Notes: generated by a model from the letters alone, not told the origin. DNA of 64,000 bases from an uncultured Rickettsiales bacterium (GCA_964490445.1 CAZBDA010000002.1:6078-70077), one strand, 5' to 3'. Positions 1-9,525 are shown, counted from the stretch's first letter. Numbers and translations are program-made.

Positions 1-1
1 A

Positions 2-589
2 GACTCCGTGCTCGCCGCCTGCGAGTGCAACTACTGGAACGCCGTTGCCTGGCACACGGCCGCCCAGAAGTTGGAGAGCGGCACCAACGACACAGCCCAG
101 TTGCGGGAAGCATGCGCGATGCTCGACCAATGTCACGCGCGCATCCCCGATGAGCCGTTCCGCCCACGTCACGTCACCAGTGCACTGCAGACCATCGAAG
201 CGCACCTGCTGGCCTCGACGCTGGACAGCGTCGCGCCACTCACCCATAGCTACCGTCTACAGCAACTGCTGGACGAGAACCAACGGGACCCGGAGTTGAT
301 CGACACAGGCGCGCCCGAAGTACGCGTCTTGCTCGCCTGGGCCCTGGCACTTTGTCGCCGAACAGACGAGGCAGCAGTGACAGCCGAACGCGCGGCTCTC
401 GACGCCGGCCTGGCGGGTCTTGCCACTGTTCAGGGACGGGCCCGAGTACTCCTCGGTGAGGAGCCGGATTCCTGGAACGGCCCAGCGGTCCTGCTGCAGC
501 GACTGCTGGAGCAGGCTAAGTCCGGTCCCCCTCCTCCTTCGGATCGCGAAACAGGCGCAATACCTCTTCACGGACGTCAGGAACAGTAA
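2..589 (+). CDS. hypothetical protein. 5'-partial: the ORF is open to the left window edge, so the 2..589 coordinates are provisional and the first ATG is at 8.
   Basis: Open frame with no recognisable motif. Its 3' end overlaps the convergent trkA gene by about 70 bp. Confidence 0.3.
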   Translation, partial: DSVLAACECNYWNAVAWHTAAQKLESGTNDTAQLREACAMLDQCHARIPDEPFRPRHVTSALQTIEAHLLASTLDSVAPLTHSYRLQQLLDENQRDPELIDTGAPEVRVLLAWALALCRRTDEAAVTAERAALDAGLAGLATVQGRARVLLGEEPDSWNGPAVLLQRLLEQAKSGPPPPSDRETGAIPLHGRQEQ

Positions 590-1880
590 ACACGACCACC
601 ACGTCGCCCGACAGCACCTCGTCAGTGCCGCGCGGCACAAACACCGAACGTTCCCGCACAATGCAGGCGATCAGCGCCCCGCGTGGCAGATCGACATACA
701 TCAACGTCCGCCCCAGCACCCTGGCCCGACCGGGCACATGCACCTCGAGGATCTCGGCCTTGCCCTGCTCGACCTGGACCACCCGCGTCACCTGTCCGGA
801 CCGCACCTGGGCGAGAATGTAGTTGGCGGCGCTGCGGCGCGGACTCACGGCAACATCCACACCGACACCAAGCGCCGCACTGAGGTAGTCGCCGCGGTGG
901 ATCAGCGCCATCGCGGTGCCGGCGCCGAGACCCTTGGCAAGGAGCGACGCCATGATGTTGGCCTCGTCGCTGCGAGTAAGGGCCAGGAAGGCATCCACCT
1001 CGCCGACATCCTCCTCGACCAACATGGCGCGGTTGGTCCCGTCGCCATGCAGAATCAGGGTCTGACCCAGGTGCGCGGCCAGCTCTCGGCAACGGTCCAT
1101 GTCCCGCTCGATGATGACCGGCTCGAGACCGTCGCGCTCGAGACGACGCGCGACTTCCAGACCAATGCCCCCGCCACCCACCACCACGATCCGGTCAGCA
1201 CGCGCCTCGCGAGTCATGCCGAACATCTCCTCCAGCCGTGGGATGGCATCGATGTCACCGACCAGCCAGAGATGGTCGTTGAGCTCGACGTGGTCCCCCC
1301 CGTGGGGGATGAGCATGCGCCCGTCACGCACGATGGCGGCCAGCAACACGCCCTTGGGCATGGACATGTCACGTAACTGCTTGCCCAGGTAGCGGGTCTT
1401 CTCGCGGACCGCCAGATCCACCACCTCGACACGATTGTCGGCGAGATTCTCGGTCTCCAGAGCACCGAAGCTGCGGATCACCCGGTGCAACTCCATGGCC
1501 GCGAGGACCTGTGGATTGATGAGCAGGTCGACGCCAACGACATTGTGGGCAACGCCGCCCTCTTCCTCGTAGTAGGCGCGGTTGGCAACCCGGGCAATCG
1601 CCTGTTTCACGCCCAACTGCTTCGCCGTGATCGAGGCAAGCAGGTTCACCTCGTCGCTGGCAGTGGCGGCAACCAGCAGGTCGCTATGGGCCACACCGGC
1701 GCTGCGCAGAATCGGCAGCGTCGCCCCGTGGCCACAGACCGTCTGGATATCGGCGTGTTCAGTGGCCAACTCGAGGGCATCGGCGTTGGAATCCACCGCC
1801 ACCACCCGGTGCCCCTCTTGGGACAGGGTTCCGACCAGGTGACCGCCGACCTCTCCAACCCCGATGATGACAATGCGCAC
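516..1880 (-). CDS. trkA: Trk-system potassium uptake protein TrkA (tandem NAD-binding RCK domains)
   Basis: 454-aa ORF. Two Rossmann motifs of the GxGxxG type (IIGVGEVGG; VVVGGGGIG), each followed by a C-terminal RCK fold, which is the typical TrkA architecture. Confidence 0.85.
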   Translation of the reverse strand: MRIVIIGVGEVGGHLVGTLSQEGHRVVAVDSNADALELATEHADIQTVCGHGATLPILRSAGVAHSDLLVAATASDEVNLLASITAKQLGVKQAIARVANRAYYEEEGGVAHNVVGVDLLINPQVLAAMELHRVIRSFGALETENLADNRVEVVDLAVREKTRYLGKQLRDMSMPKGVLLAAIVRDGRMLIPHGGDHVELNDHLWLVGDIDAIPRLEEMFGMTREARADRIVVVGGGGIGLEVARRLERDGLEPVIIERDMDRCRELAAHLGQTLILHGDGTNRAMLVEEDVGEVDAFLALTRSDEANIMASLLAKGLGAGTAMALIHRGDYLSAALGVGVDVAVSPRRSAANYILAQVRSGQVTRVVQVEQGKAEILEVHVPGRARVLGRTLMYVDLPRGALIACIVRERSVFVPRGTDEVLSGDVVVVFTVPDVREEVLRLFRDPKEEGDRT

Positions 1881-1910
1881 GTCGTCGAGTATGCCAGCTT
1901 CGTAGCCCTG

Positions 1911-2795
1911 CTACTTTGACCGACGTTCCTGCTCGCGGATGTACGCCTCAAATTCCTCGGGGGACATCTTCTCAATGCGGTCACCGGCCTTGAGGTTCGC
2001 TTTCTCGAACTCGTCGTCCGTAACGTCCTCGCGGCGCTTCAGCGTCTTCACCTCCTGGACTTCGGTGCGTCCTTCCTGGGCAGCGTTCACGGACACGGGG
2101 ATATGCAACTCGGCGCGCGCGCCCTGCGGATCCTCGGCGACGAATACCACCTCGCCCGAGAACGCCTCCTTGAGATCCACTGCCCGCACCCGGATCCGCC
2201 CATTGGGCTGGACCGAGATGCCCGGCGGACCTCCCTCCACCGACCAGCGGAGCTTGTCACCATCGGGGTCGCTGGCTTTGAGCTGAAGACCATTCAGCCC
2301 ACGTGCGCTACGGACATCAGAGAGGATGACGGGCTTGGCATTACGCACCTCGATGGGCTTCGAGCTGACCTCCGCCGAGTGCCCCTCGCGGTTCTCGACC
2401 CGGGCGGTGAAGTAGACCGTATCGCCACGCTCGAAGCGGCCGTTGCTGGTGAACTCGGCACGCGTGACCCCCGACACGCGAAGGCCGTTGACGTACCAGC
2501 TGTAGCTAAGCTCGGCGAACGCGTCGACCCCCTCTGCGACCGATGCGTTGGCCACCAGTGTGTCCTCGACCGTAGGGGTCTGGGGACTGATCGACACCGC
2601 CTTCGCAAAGCCGAGCTTGTCCTCCGACTTGCGGTTGGCATCCTCCTTCTCGCGCGACTCGCGCATCTCGGATTCGACACCGGACACGTCGACACCGGCG
2701 TTGCCGTCTTTGTGCTGGATGGGCCCGCGCTTCTTCGTTTCCGGGAGATCGCAGCCGACAACGAGGACAGTCAGGGCGAGTAGCAGATAACGCAT
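1911..2795 (-). CDS. hypothetical lipoprotein
   Basis: N-terminal signal with the lipobox LVVGC|D. Charged, Ig-like repetitive body. No catalytic motif seen. Confidence 0.55.
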   Translation of the reverse strand: MRYLLLALTVLVVGCDLPETKKRGPIQHKDGNAGVDVSGVESEMRESREKEDANRKSEDKLGFAKAVSISPQTPTVEDTLVANASVAEGVDAFAELSYSWYVNGLRVSGVTRAEFTSNGRFERGDTVYFTARVENREGHSAEVSSKPIEVRNAKPVILSDVRSARGLNGLQLKASDPDGDKLRWSVEGGPPGISVQPNGRIRVRAVDLKEAFSGEVVFVAEDPQGARAELHIPVSVNAAQEGRTEVQEVKTLKRREDVTDDEFEKANLKAGDRIEKMSPEEFEAYIREQERRSK

Positions 2796-2816
2796 CGAGG
2801 ACTCCTTTTCGCAAGC

Positions 2817-4031
2817 CTAGGTGCTCTTGGGGAGAGTGGCACGCTTCGGCGGCAGCAGCCCGTTGGGCCGCAGTACCATCATCGCGACGAGCACCATGCC
2901 AAAGATCAGCATCCGGTACTCCTGAAAATCACGCAGCTTCTCTGGCAGCACCGCCAGCAACACCGCACCGACGACCACGCCGCGCAGTGAGCCCATCCCG
3001 CCGAGGACCACCATGCACAGGATGATCGCCGACTCCATGAAGATGAAGGACATCGGATCGATGAAACCCTGGATGTGCGCGAACAGCAGCCCGGCAACTC
3101 CCGCGAAGGAGGCACCAATGCCGAAGGCAAGCAACTTCACCCGGGTGGTGTCGACGCCCATTGCCTGGGCAGCAAGTTCATCTTCGCGAACCGCTCGCCA
3201 GGCCCTGCCCAGGCGACTTGTATCCAGCCGCGAAGCCACCAGGGCGATCAACATCGCGTAGGCCACGGTCAGCAGGTAGTAGTTGACCTCCTTGCCCCAC
3301 ACGGCCACCGGCTGGTTCGCCAGCAGGGGGCCGAGGAAGTCGAAAATGGGCACTCCCTGGTCCAGCGAGTAGCTGCCGATGCGCGGCGACGGGATCCCCG
3401 ACAGACCCTTGGGGCCGTTGGTGACCGAGTCCCAGTTGGTCAGGATAATGCGGACGATCTCGCCGAAACCCAGGGTGACAATCGCCAGGTAATCGCCACG
3501 CAGACGAAGCGTTGGAAAGCCGAGCACCACGCCAAATAGAGCCGCCAGCACCACCGAGCAGGGCACCCAGACCCACAACGCCCACCAGTATTCGGGGAAG
3601 GTGACCGAAACCAGGGCCGAGGAGTAGGCGCCGATGGCATAAAAGGCCACGTAGCCGAGATCCAGGAGTCCGGCGAGGCCGACCACGATGTTCAGTCCCA
3701 GAGCCAGGCAAACGTAGATCCCAGCCAGCGTCGCCACGTAAATCCAGTGGTTGTTCTGAAAGCCCAGCGTGAAGATGAAGGGGAACAGCAGCAGGATGGC
3801 GACGAAGCCGCCGCGCGAGGCTCTGGGGACCTTGCCGAAAGCTGCCACGACCTGCTCGAGCCGTCCGGTCCGTGCCAGCAGAGCGCGCGCCCCCCAGTAA
3901 AGCCCGCCTACGAGTAGCAGGAACGCAACGAAGAGCCCGGGCTGGCGAATGCGGAGGCCGATGACCACCGCGGCCAGCAACAAGCCTTGCAGCAGCCAGA
4001 CAACAAGCCGGTTCTTCCAGGGGCCACTCAC
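2817..4031 (-). CDS. branched-chain amino acid ABC transporter permease, LivM-like
   Basis: Polytopic membrane protein. Typical LivM/LivH permease stretch ...AVREDE..A.AMGVDTTRVKLLAFGIGASFAGVAGLL... No LivK/H/G/F partner is visible nearby. Confidence 0.8.
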   Translation of the reverse strand: MSGPWKNRLVVWLLQGLLLAAVVIGLRIRQPGLFVAFLLLVGGLYWGARALLARTGRLEQVVAAFGKVPRASRGGFVAILLLFPFIFTLGFQNNHWIYVATLAGIYVCLALGLNIVVGLAGLLDLGYVAFYAIGAYSSALVSVTFPEYWWALWVWVPCSVVLAALFGVVLGFPTLRLRGDYLAIVTLGFGEIVRIILTNWDSVTNGPKGLSGIPSPRIGSYSLDQGVPIFDFLGPLLANQPVAVWGKEVNYYLLTVAYAMLIALVASRLDTSRLGRAWRAVREDELAAQAMGVDTTRVKLLAFGIGASFAGVAGLLFAHIQGFIDPMSFIFMESAIILCMVVLGGMGSLRGVVVGAVLLAVLPEKLRDFQEYRMLIFGMVLVAMMVLRPNGLLPPKRATLPKST

Positions 4032-4197
4032 GAACGGGAGTGTAGCGTGGATCCTCCCCGAATAGGCCAGAGCGAAGCTCCCCGGCCGAAAGTCGCTGGG
4101 GTATCGTGGGTGGCCCCGCCCGGAGGCCCAAACGGCACCTGAACACCAGACGCAACTCCCCGCACCCGGACGTCCCGTACAGTTCGGCCGTTACGAG

Positions 4198-5799
4198 TTG
4201 CTGGAACTGCTTGGCGAGGGCGCAATGGCGCAGGTGTTCCGCGCCCGGCAACGCGGACCACTGGGCTTCAGCAAGGAAGTCGCGGTCAAGCGCCTTCGAC
4301 GCGACGTCGCAGGCCGAGACCGCACCGAGTTGGAAGCACTGGTCAACGAGGCGCGGGTCGGCGGACGGCTGAAGCATCCCAACCTGGTCGAAGTCTACGG
4401 CTGCGAGGTGGTGAACGGCTCGCTATGCATCACCATGGAGTACGTACGCGGCTGGACGCTGGATCAAGTCCTGTGGCGCTTCAGCGAAGTTGGCGTGACG
4501 ATGCCTGTCGAGACCGTCATCGATGTCCTGCGGCAGTTGGCCCAGGGCCTCGGTTCGGCCCACCAGGCCCGCGATGAGCACGGCACGCCGCTGGGCCTCG
4601 TACACCGGGACCTCAAGCCTCAGAACATCTTCCTGGACATGCTGGGCGGCGTGAAGATCGCCGATTTCGGGCTCGCCAAATCGAACGTAAACCTCTATCG
4701 CACCCAGGAGGACCAGGCCAAGGGAAGTCCGCTGTACATGAGCCCCGAGCAGGTCAACGGCGACCCCGTCGACCACCGCTCTGACCTGTTCGCACTGGGC
4801 ACCATCGCAATCGAGCTGGTCACCGGGCTGTGGGCCTTCGACGGCAGCAGCATTGCCGAGACGCTGGCTCGGGTGCTGGCCGTCGACTGCGACGAGGCGT
4901 GGAAGGAACTGGGCAGGTTAGCTCCCGAGCTTCAGCCGGTGGTCGCCAGGCTACTGCAGGCAAAACCAGGCGGCCGCTTCCCATCAGCACAGGCTGCAGA
5001 GCAGCAGTTACTGACACTGGCAGGACCCGTAGTTACCACCACCCATACCCTGCCGCTGGTACACGCCTTGCTCGGCCACAGCAACCTGCCGGCGCGGTAT
5101 GCGCAGTTGTCGGCTGCATTCCGGGAACGGGGCATCCACTACACCGACGAGAGCGTGATCGACGAGGATGCGACCTGGGATCAGCTACCTGCTCTGGGCC
5201 GTGGCAACGCAGGCCGGAGTGGGCAGAGCCCTGGCGACCCACCCGACCCGGCACACTCACGCACCCGCTTCATCCGGCTCGCAGTGCTCGTTTCCGGGGG
5301 CCTGCTACTAATCGCAATGGTTGCCCTGCTGAAACCGCTCGACCCGCTACGAGGCGGTCCAGCCCTGGACGCACCGGTATTCAATAGTGCCATCATCCGT
5401 GCTGAAGGGGACCGGCTCGCAGAGGTCGGCCCAACACCGGCTCTGGAGTCGGCGGCGAAGGACAAAGCGACGAGCGAGACAGCAGGCCCTGAGCGCGGCT
5501 TGGTCCATCAGCCGATTTCTGCGGCGAGGCTCTGGCAGGACATCACGCTCACCGCCCAGGTGCAGGGACCCGGCTCCTGGCGTGTCACTTGCCACTACCG
5601 GCCGGTACAGGGCGCCGACACCAGTTGGCACACCGTCGCCCTGGGGGCTGGAGACGACGGGCAATTCACCGTCGACATTCCGGTCACAGAGCGGCTTAGC
5701 GAAGGAATGCTCTACTTCCTCGAGGCCGACGACAAGCGCAAGGGCCAGCGACTGACCCTCGGCAGCACAGAGCAGCCCTTCACAGTCCGAGTCGAGTAA
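4198..5799 (+). CDS. Hanks-type serine/threonine protein kinase with a TM segment and extracytoplasmic C-terminal domain
   Basis: Kinase motifs: LGEGAMAQVFRA...AVK (Gly-loop/Lys), HRDLKPQNIFL, DFGLAK, SPEQ. One TM helix (LAVLVSGGLLLIAMVALL). The conserved ..FGRYELLELLGEG.. segment is in frame upstream of the TTG at 4198 (the frame is open from 4066), so the true start lies upstream and is non-canonical or affected by a sequence error. Confidence 0.85.
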   Translation: MLELLGEGAMAQVFRARQRGPLGFSKEVAVKRLRRDVAGRDRTELEALVNEARVGGRLKHPNLVEVYGCEVVNGSLCITMEYVRGWTLDQVLWRFSEVGVTMPVETVIDVLRQLAQGLGSAHQARDEHGTPLGLVHRDLKPQNIFLDMLGGVKIADFGLAKSNVNLYRTQEDQAKGSPLYMSPEQVNGDPVDHRSDLFALGTIAIELVTGLWAFDGSSIAETLARVLAVDCDEAWKELGRLAPELQPVVARLLQAKPGGRFPSAQAAEQQLLTLAGPVVTTTHTLPLVHALLGHSNLPARYAQLSAAFRERGIHYTDESVIDEDATWDQLPALGRGNAGRSGQSPGDPPDPAHSRTRFIRLAVLVSGGLLLIAMVALLKPLDPLRGGPALDAPVFNSAIIRAEGDRLAEVGPTPALESAAKDKATSETAGPERGLVHQPISAARLWQDITLTAQVQGPGSWRVTCHYRPVQGADTSWHTVALGAGDDGQFTVDIPVTERLSEGMLYFLEADDKRKGQRLTLGSTEQPFTVRVE

Positions 5800-5821
5800 G
5801 AGGCAGCAGCGAGTACTGAGA

Positions 5822-6751
5822 TCAACGTCCGAGCAGTCGGGCGGCAACCCGAGCAACTCGTGGGTCCGGATCCGAAAGCAACTCCGCCAGGTTCGGCAGC
5901 TTCACGGTGGCTGACTCGTCGATTCGAGACAGCGCCCGCAACGAGTGCAGACGGACATCAGCCGAAGGGTCACTGAGCAACGGCAGGAGCGGGCCAAACG
6001 CGGCGCCGACCTCGCGCCAACCGAGGGCACGGGCAGCCATGGCACGAACTCCCGCATCGGCATCGCGGACAGCCTTGAGCAGTTGGTCGGCGTAGTCAGC
6101 ACCATCGCTACGCCAACCCACCGATCGGCAGGCCTCAGCGCGGACGCTTGGGACGTCGTCTCCCAACCCGAGTGCGATCCCCTGCCCTGCCGGTGCAGCA
6201 GCAGCCCGACGCATCGACCACACCAGCGCCTCGCGCACATCCGGCATTGCCTCGTCGCGGAGCAGCCTTGTATTGAGTTGGTCCCAGTCCGCGCGCAGGC
6301 CGATCAGCGCCGAGGCCAGGGCCGCGCGCAGCTTCGGCGACTCACCGCCATGAAGGAGGCGCTCAACAACGGCTGGACGAGCTGCCGGATCCCGGAACTG
6401 CGCCTGGGCAAAAATGGGGCGGCCTGCGCGGTCGAGGACAGGGGCAGCAGCACTTACCTCGGCGAACAGCGCCCGCCGATGCCGCCAGCCGAGGATCACC
6501 TCGCTCTGCTGGCGAACCCGCCAGTCCGGGTGCGAAGCCAGGGCCGCCAGGGCCTCGTCAGCCACGAAGCCATCACCGCTCAGCGTATCTCTTTGCAGCG
6601 AGTAGTCGGTGCTGGCCTCGTGCAGGCTGAGCAACCTCTCGCTGAGACCACCCTCGGCAAGAACACTCGCAGGCGCGAGCGACAGAGCCAATGCCGCCAC
6701 CATCGCGGCGACAACAAAAGGAGAACCGGGCCTCGCGAGCAGCGGCAGCAT
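5822..6751 (-). CDS. HEAT-repeat (PBS-lyase-like) secreted protein
   Basis: Signal-like N-terminus (MLPLLARPGSPFVVAAMVAALALSLA). Repeated ..D.D..VR..AA.ALG.. HEAT/PBS motifs. Abuts the stop of the upstream PAD gene. Confidence 0.55.
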   Translation of the reverse strand: MLPLLARPGSPFVVAAMVAALALSLAPASVLAEGGLSERLLSLHEASTDYSLQRDTLSGDGFVADEALAALASHPDWRVRQQSEVILGWRHRRALFAEVSAAAPVLDRAGRPIFAQAQFRDPAARPAVVERLLHGGESPKLRAALASALIGLRADWDQLNTRLLRDEAMPDVREALVWSMRRAAAAPAGQGIALGLGDDVPSVRAEACRSVGWRSDGADYADQLLKAVRDADAGVRAMAARALGWREVGAAFGPLLPLLSDPSADVRLHSLRALSRIDESATVKLPNLAELLSDPDPRVARVAARLLGR

Positions 6752-8448
6752 CAGGGTTGCTCCTCCAGCAGGTGCCCGGCGACTTCCCACCAGTTCGCGG
6801 ACGGCGTGCGAGTAGCATTGCTGCCGCAGTGCACTTCGCCCAGGCTCATGTGATAGACGGACCAGTTGTCGACGAAATGAAAATCGATGTACTCCGGCAT
6901 CATCTCTTCGACGTGCGCGATGAAGGGATCTTCATCCTGGCCGATCGAAGTTTGTGCCGTACTCCGCATGAAGGGATCTGCGAGAAACACGTCGGTCCGG
7001 TCCCCGCGATTGGTGACGAACATGTTGGCCATACCCGGAATCAGCGCCGCCACGTAGCCACCACAGCCGGGGGGCTCTTCGAACAGCGAGGGCATGCGCA
7101 GGATGTCTTCCTCTTCGAGGGCGAGCTCGGACTTGACCTGCTCGAGTAGCGGGTCCAGGTAGTCCTCCTGGAGTTCCTCGTTCAAGTAGCGGATGGCGTT
7201 GGAATCGAGGAAGTCGTCGACGTAGTCGAGATCGTGGCCCCCAGGGTAAGGCAGCGCATAGCGCGGCAGCGGAAGGTTCGGATCCATGGACTCCAGCAGG
7301 TCCCAGGCTGCACCCGTGTCGGACCACACAAAGCGAAAGCCCTTGGGCGACGTTGGGTCCGGAACGAAGGAGCTGACCTCGTCGATGTGGCTTACGCAGA
7401 GCCAGGTCGTGTCGATGCGGAAGGGATTCTGGACCGCCTGGCTGGCCAGGAAATCGGTGAGCTCTTCGTCTGGATGAAGTCCGTCGTCACCACCGAAGTA
7501 GATCCGACCAAAGGGATAGTGAACACCGTCTACGGTGACCGGCGGGCTCACTTCGAGATTCCCGAACGAGTCCAGAGAGTTGACGGACGAGGTGTCACCC
7601 CAGGTCATCACGACCCAGTCAGGCTGCTCCAGTTCGTCCTCGGGGTAGCGGTCCAGCGGCCGGTCGCGAATCGAATCGACGACAATGTCGTTGCGCAGCC
7701 CGGGAGCAGTGGTCAGACCGAACTGGAACTCGTCCTGTACCCAGGGATCTCCGCCGTAGGTTGGCCCATCGATTGGCGTGAACATGTCCCCGAGTACGTC
7801 CTCGAAGACTGCGAGCATCTGCTGGTTGTTGTAGTTCGGTCCCCCGTCGGAATCGAGTACCCAGACCTCCTCGGTCTCCTGCAGGTGGTGATTGAGGATC
7901 AAGGGCGACGAGGTCAGGTGAATCCGATCGGACTCGAGCACTTCATCCCCCTCGCGCCACTCCAGGGTCAGCGTCGCCCGGACGAGGAACTTGCGAAACT
8001 CCAGCCGGTACTCGATGTCCTCCTCGGCCGCGTGGACGCGATGCTCCTCGACGTGGCCACCTTCGACCTTGCCGAGGGCCACCCTGCCATCGCGCCACAA
8101 GCGCAGGTCACCCTGGTCGCCGCCCAGCACCAGGTAGATTCTCTGGCCTTCCTTCACGCCTGTGAACACGTCGGCCTTCAGCCATAGCGACGCCAGGTCG
8201 TTCTCTTCAGCGAGCAGCTCACCCTCATCCCAATCCACGCGGCCGTTCTCGTTGTCGTCATCGAGATTCGGGATCCCCACGAAGCCCGGAAAGGTGTGGC
8301 CCGCGCCTTGGGGATAGGCATCGGGGAGCGTGATGGTCACATCCGGCTGCGGACAACCGACGAGCAGGAGCCCAGCCCACAGCAATGCCAACCTCACGCC
8401 TGAACGCGGCAGCGGAAACTCGGTACTGGAGTCACCGATCGACATCAA
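6751..8448 (-). CDS. protein-arginine deiminase (PAD) family lipoprotein, eukaryote-type
   Basis: Lipobox LLLVGC|PQ. The C-terminal catalytic domain carries the PAD4-like motifs LDSFGNLEVSPPVTVDGVHYPFGRIYFG, TWLCVSHIDEVSSFVP.P.SPKGFRF and the catalytic-Cys motif GEVHCGSNATR. Confidence 0.8.
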   Translation of the reverse strand: MMSIGDSSTEFPLPRSGVRLALLWAGLLLVGCPQPDVTITLPDAYPQGAGHTFPGFVGIPNLDDDNENGRVDWDEGELLAEENDLASLWLKADVFTGVKEGQRIYLVLGGDQGDLRLWRDGRVALGKVEGGHVEEHRVHAAEEDIEYRLEFRKFLVRATLTLEWREGDEVLESDRIHLTSSPLILNHHLQETEEVWVLDSDGGPNYNNQQMLAVFEDVLGDMFTPIDGPTYGGDPWVQDEFQFGLTTAPGLRNDIVVDSIRDRPLDRYPEDELEQPDWVVMTWGDTSSVNSLDSFGNLEVSPPVTVDGVHYPFGRIYFGGDDGLHPDEELTDFLASQAVQNPFRIDTTWLCVSHIDEVSSFVPDPTSPKGFRFVWSDTGAAWDLLESMDPNLPLPRYALPYPGGHDLDYVDDFLDSNAIRYLNEELQEDYLDPLLEQVKSELALEEEDILRMPSLFEEPPGCGGYVAALIPGMANMFVTNRGDRTDVFLADPFMRSTAQTSIGQDEDPFIAHVEEMMPEYIDFHFVDNWSVYHMSLGEVHCGSNATRTPSANWWEVAGHLLEEQP

Positions 8449-8547
8449 GGTGCCCTCTGGGATTGCGGGTTTGACCAGAGCGTCGCCGACGCCTGACGAG
8501 GCACAACACGACAGCGGCGAAAGTATAGGGCAGCCATGGGGGTTTGT

Positions 8548-9504
8548 TCAGGAATTGTCGTGCCCGGTTCGGTCCTCTACAGCCCAGTAGTGCTGCTTCA
8601 TACAGAACACCGACCCACCAGAAAGCAGAAACTCGCTCGTGTCGAGTCCGAGGACTTCGAAACCTCGCTCGGTCAGCCAGTGAGTGACCCGCTCGGAGCC
8701 CTGCTGCATGAGGACGTGGCGACCGTCCGGGCTGTGGCCGTTGCAGGCCATCCGCATCGCCTCCTCCTCGGTGACCGCCAACGGTTCCTCGAACAAAGTC
8801 TCCAGCATCCGCAACCCGTTCTCGTCAAAAGCGTCCGGGTAGTACAGGGCGGTCTCGTCATCCAGCACCGACAGGCAGGTATCCAGGTGATAGAAGCGGG
8901 GATCGGACAACTGGAAGACCACAATGGGCAGGCCCGTCCAGGCCTGCAGGTACCGATAGGCCTCGGCGCTGCTGCGTGGCCCGACCCCAGCGTACAAGAG
9001 CGCCCGACCCGGGTGCCAGAGAGCATCGCCACCACCCTCGAAGGAGGGCACGTGAAAGGGGTTGAGCCGCTCGATGTGCAGCCCGGCAGCGGTCAGGAAG
9101 TCGGCGACCTGCACGGTCTCGGCCTGCCGCCTGCCCCACTTCATGATGGAGACCACAGCCCCGGGCTCAGGCCCGAGCAGCCCCGCCGGAAGGGGCAGAG
9201 CCTGGTTTGCCGTGAACACGAAGTCGGGAAGCAACGGCACACCGGGCAACACGTCGACGGGAACCCCCAACGACAGGTAGGCATCGTGCAGACTCTTCCA
9301 CTGACAGCGAGCGGCAAACCTGTCGACCCGCCCCAGGTTGCCGTCCATGTGGGGATTGATGACGTACTCGACGTCGAAGAACTCCGGATCAGCCATCAGC
9401 AGCCGGTCTGGGCGCGGCAGTACCGGGAGGTCTACAAGTCGAAAGGAGACGCCCTCGGCGGTGGTGACCAGTCCCATGGCCGAAGCGTCAGTCGGCTGCT
9501 CCAC
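8548..9504 (-). CDS. DDAH-like enzyme, amidinotransferase/guanidino-group-modifying superfamily (dimethylarginine dimethylaminohydrolase-like)
   Basis: The C-terminal motif LGLDTSEFLLSGGSVFCM matches the DDAH active-site end (DTSEY.K.DGGVSCMS). Size is about 318 aa. No signal peptide. Confidence 0.65.
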   Translation of the reverse strand: MEQPTDASAMGLVTTAEGVSFRLVDLPVLPRPDRLLMADPEFFDVEYVINPHMDGNLGRVDRFAARCQWKSLHDAYLSLGVPVDVLPGVPLLPDFVFTANQALPLPAGLLGPEPGAVVSIMKWGRRQAETVQVADFLTAAGLHIERLNPFHVPSFEGGGDALWHPGRALLYAGVGPRSSAEAYRYLQAWTGLPIVVFQLSDPRFYHLDTCLSVLDDETALYYPDAFDENGLRMLETLFEEPLAVTEEEAMRMACNGHSPDGRHVLMQQGSERVTHWLTERGFEVLGLDTSEFLLSGGSVFCMKQHYWAVEDRTGHDNS

Positions 9505-9525
9505 CCCGGATGCTCCCTGCTCGCC

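Noticed and set aside
420-1376. 318-aa plus-strand ORF inside trkA
   Set aside because: Antisense shadow of a well-supported TrkA gene.
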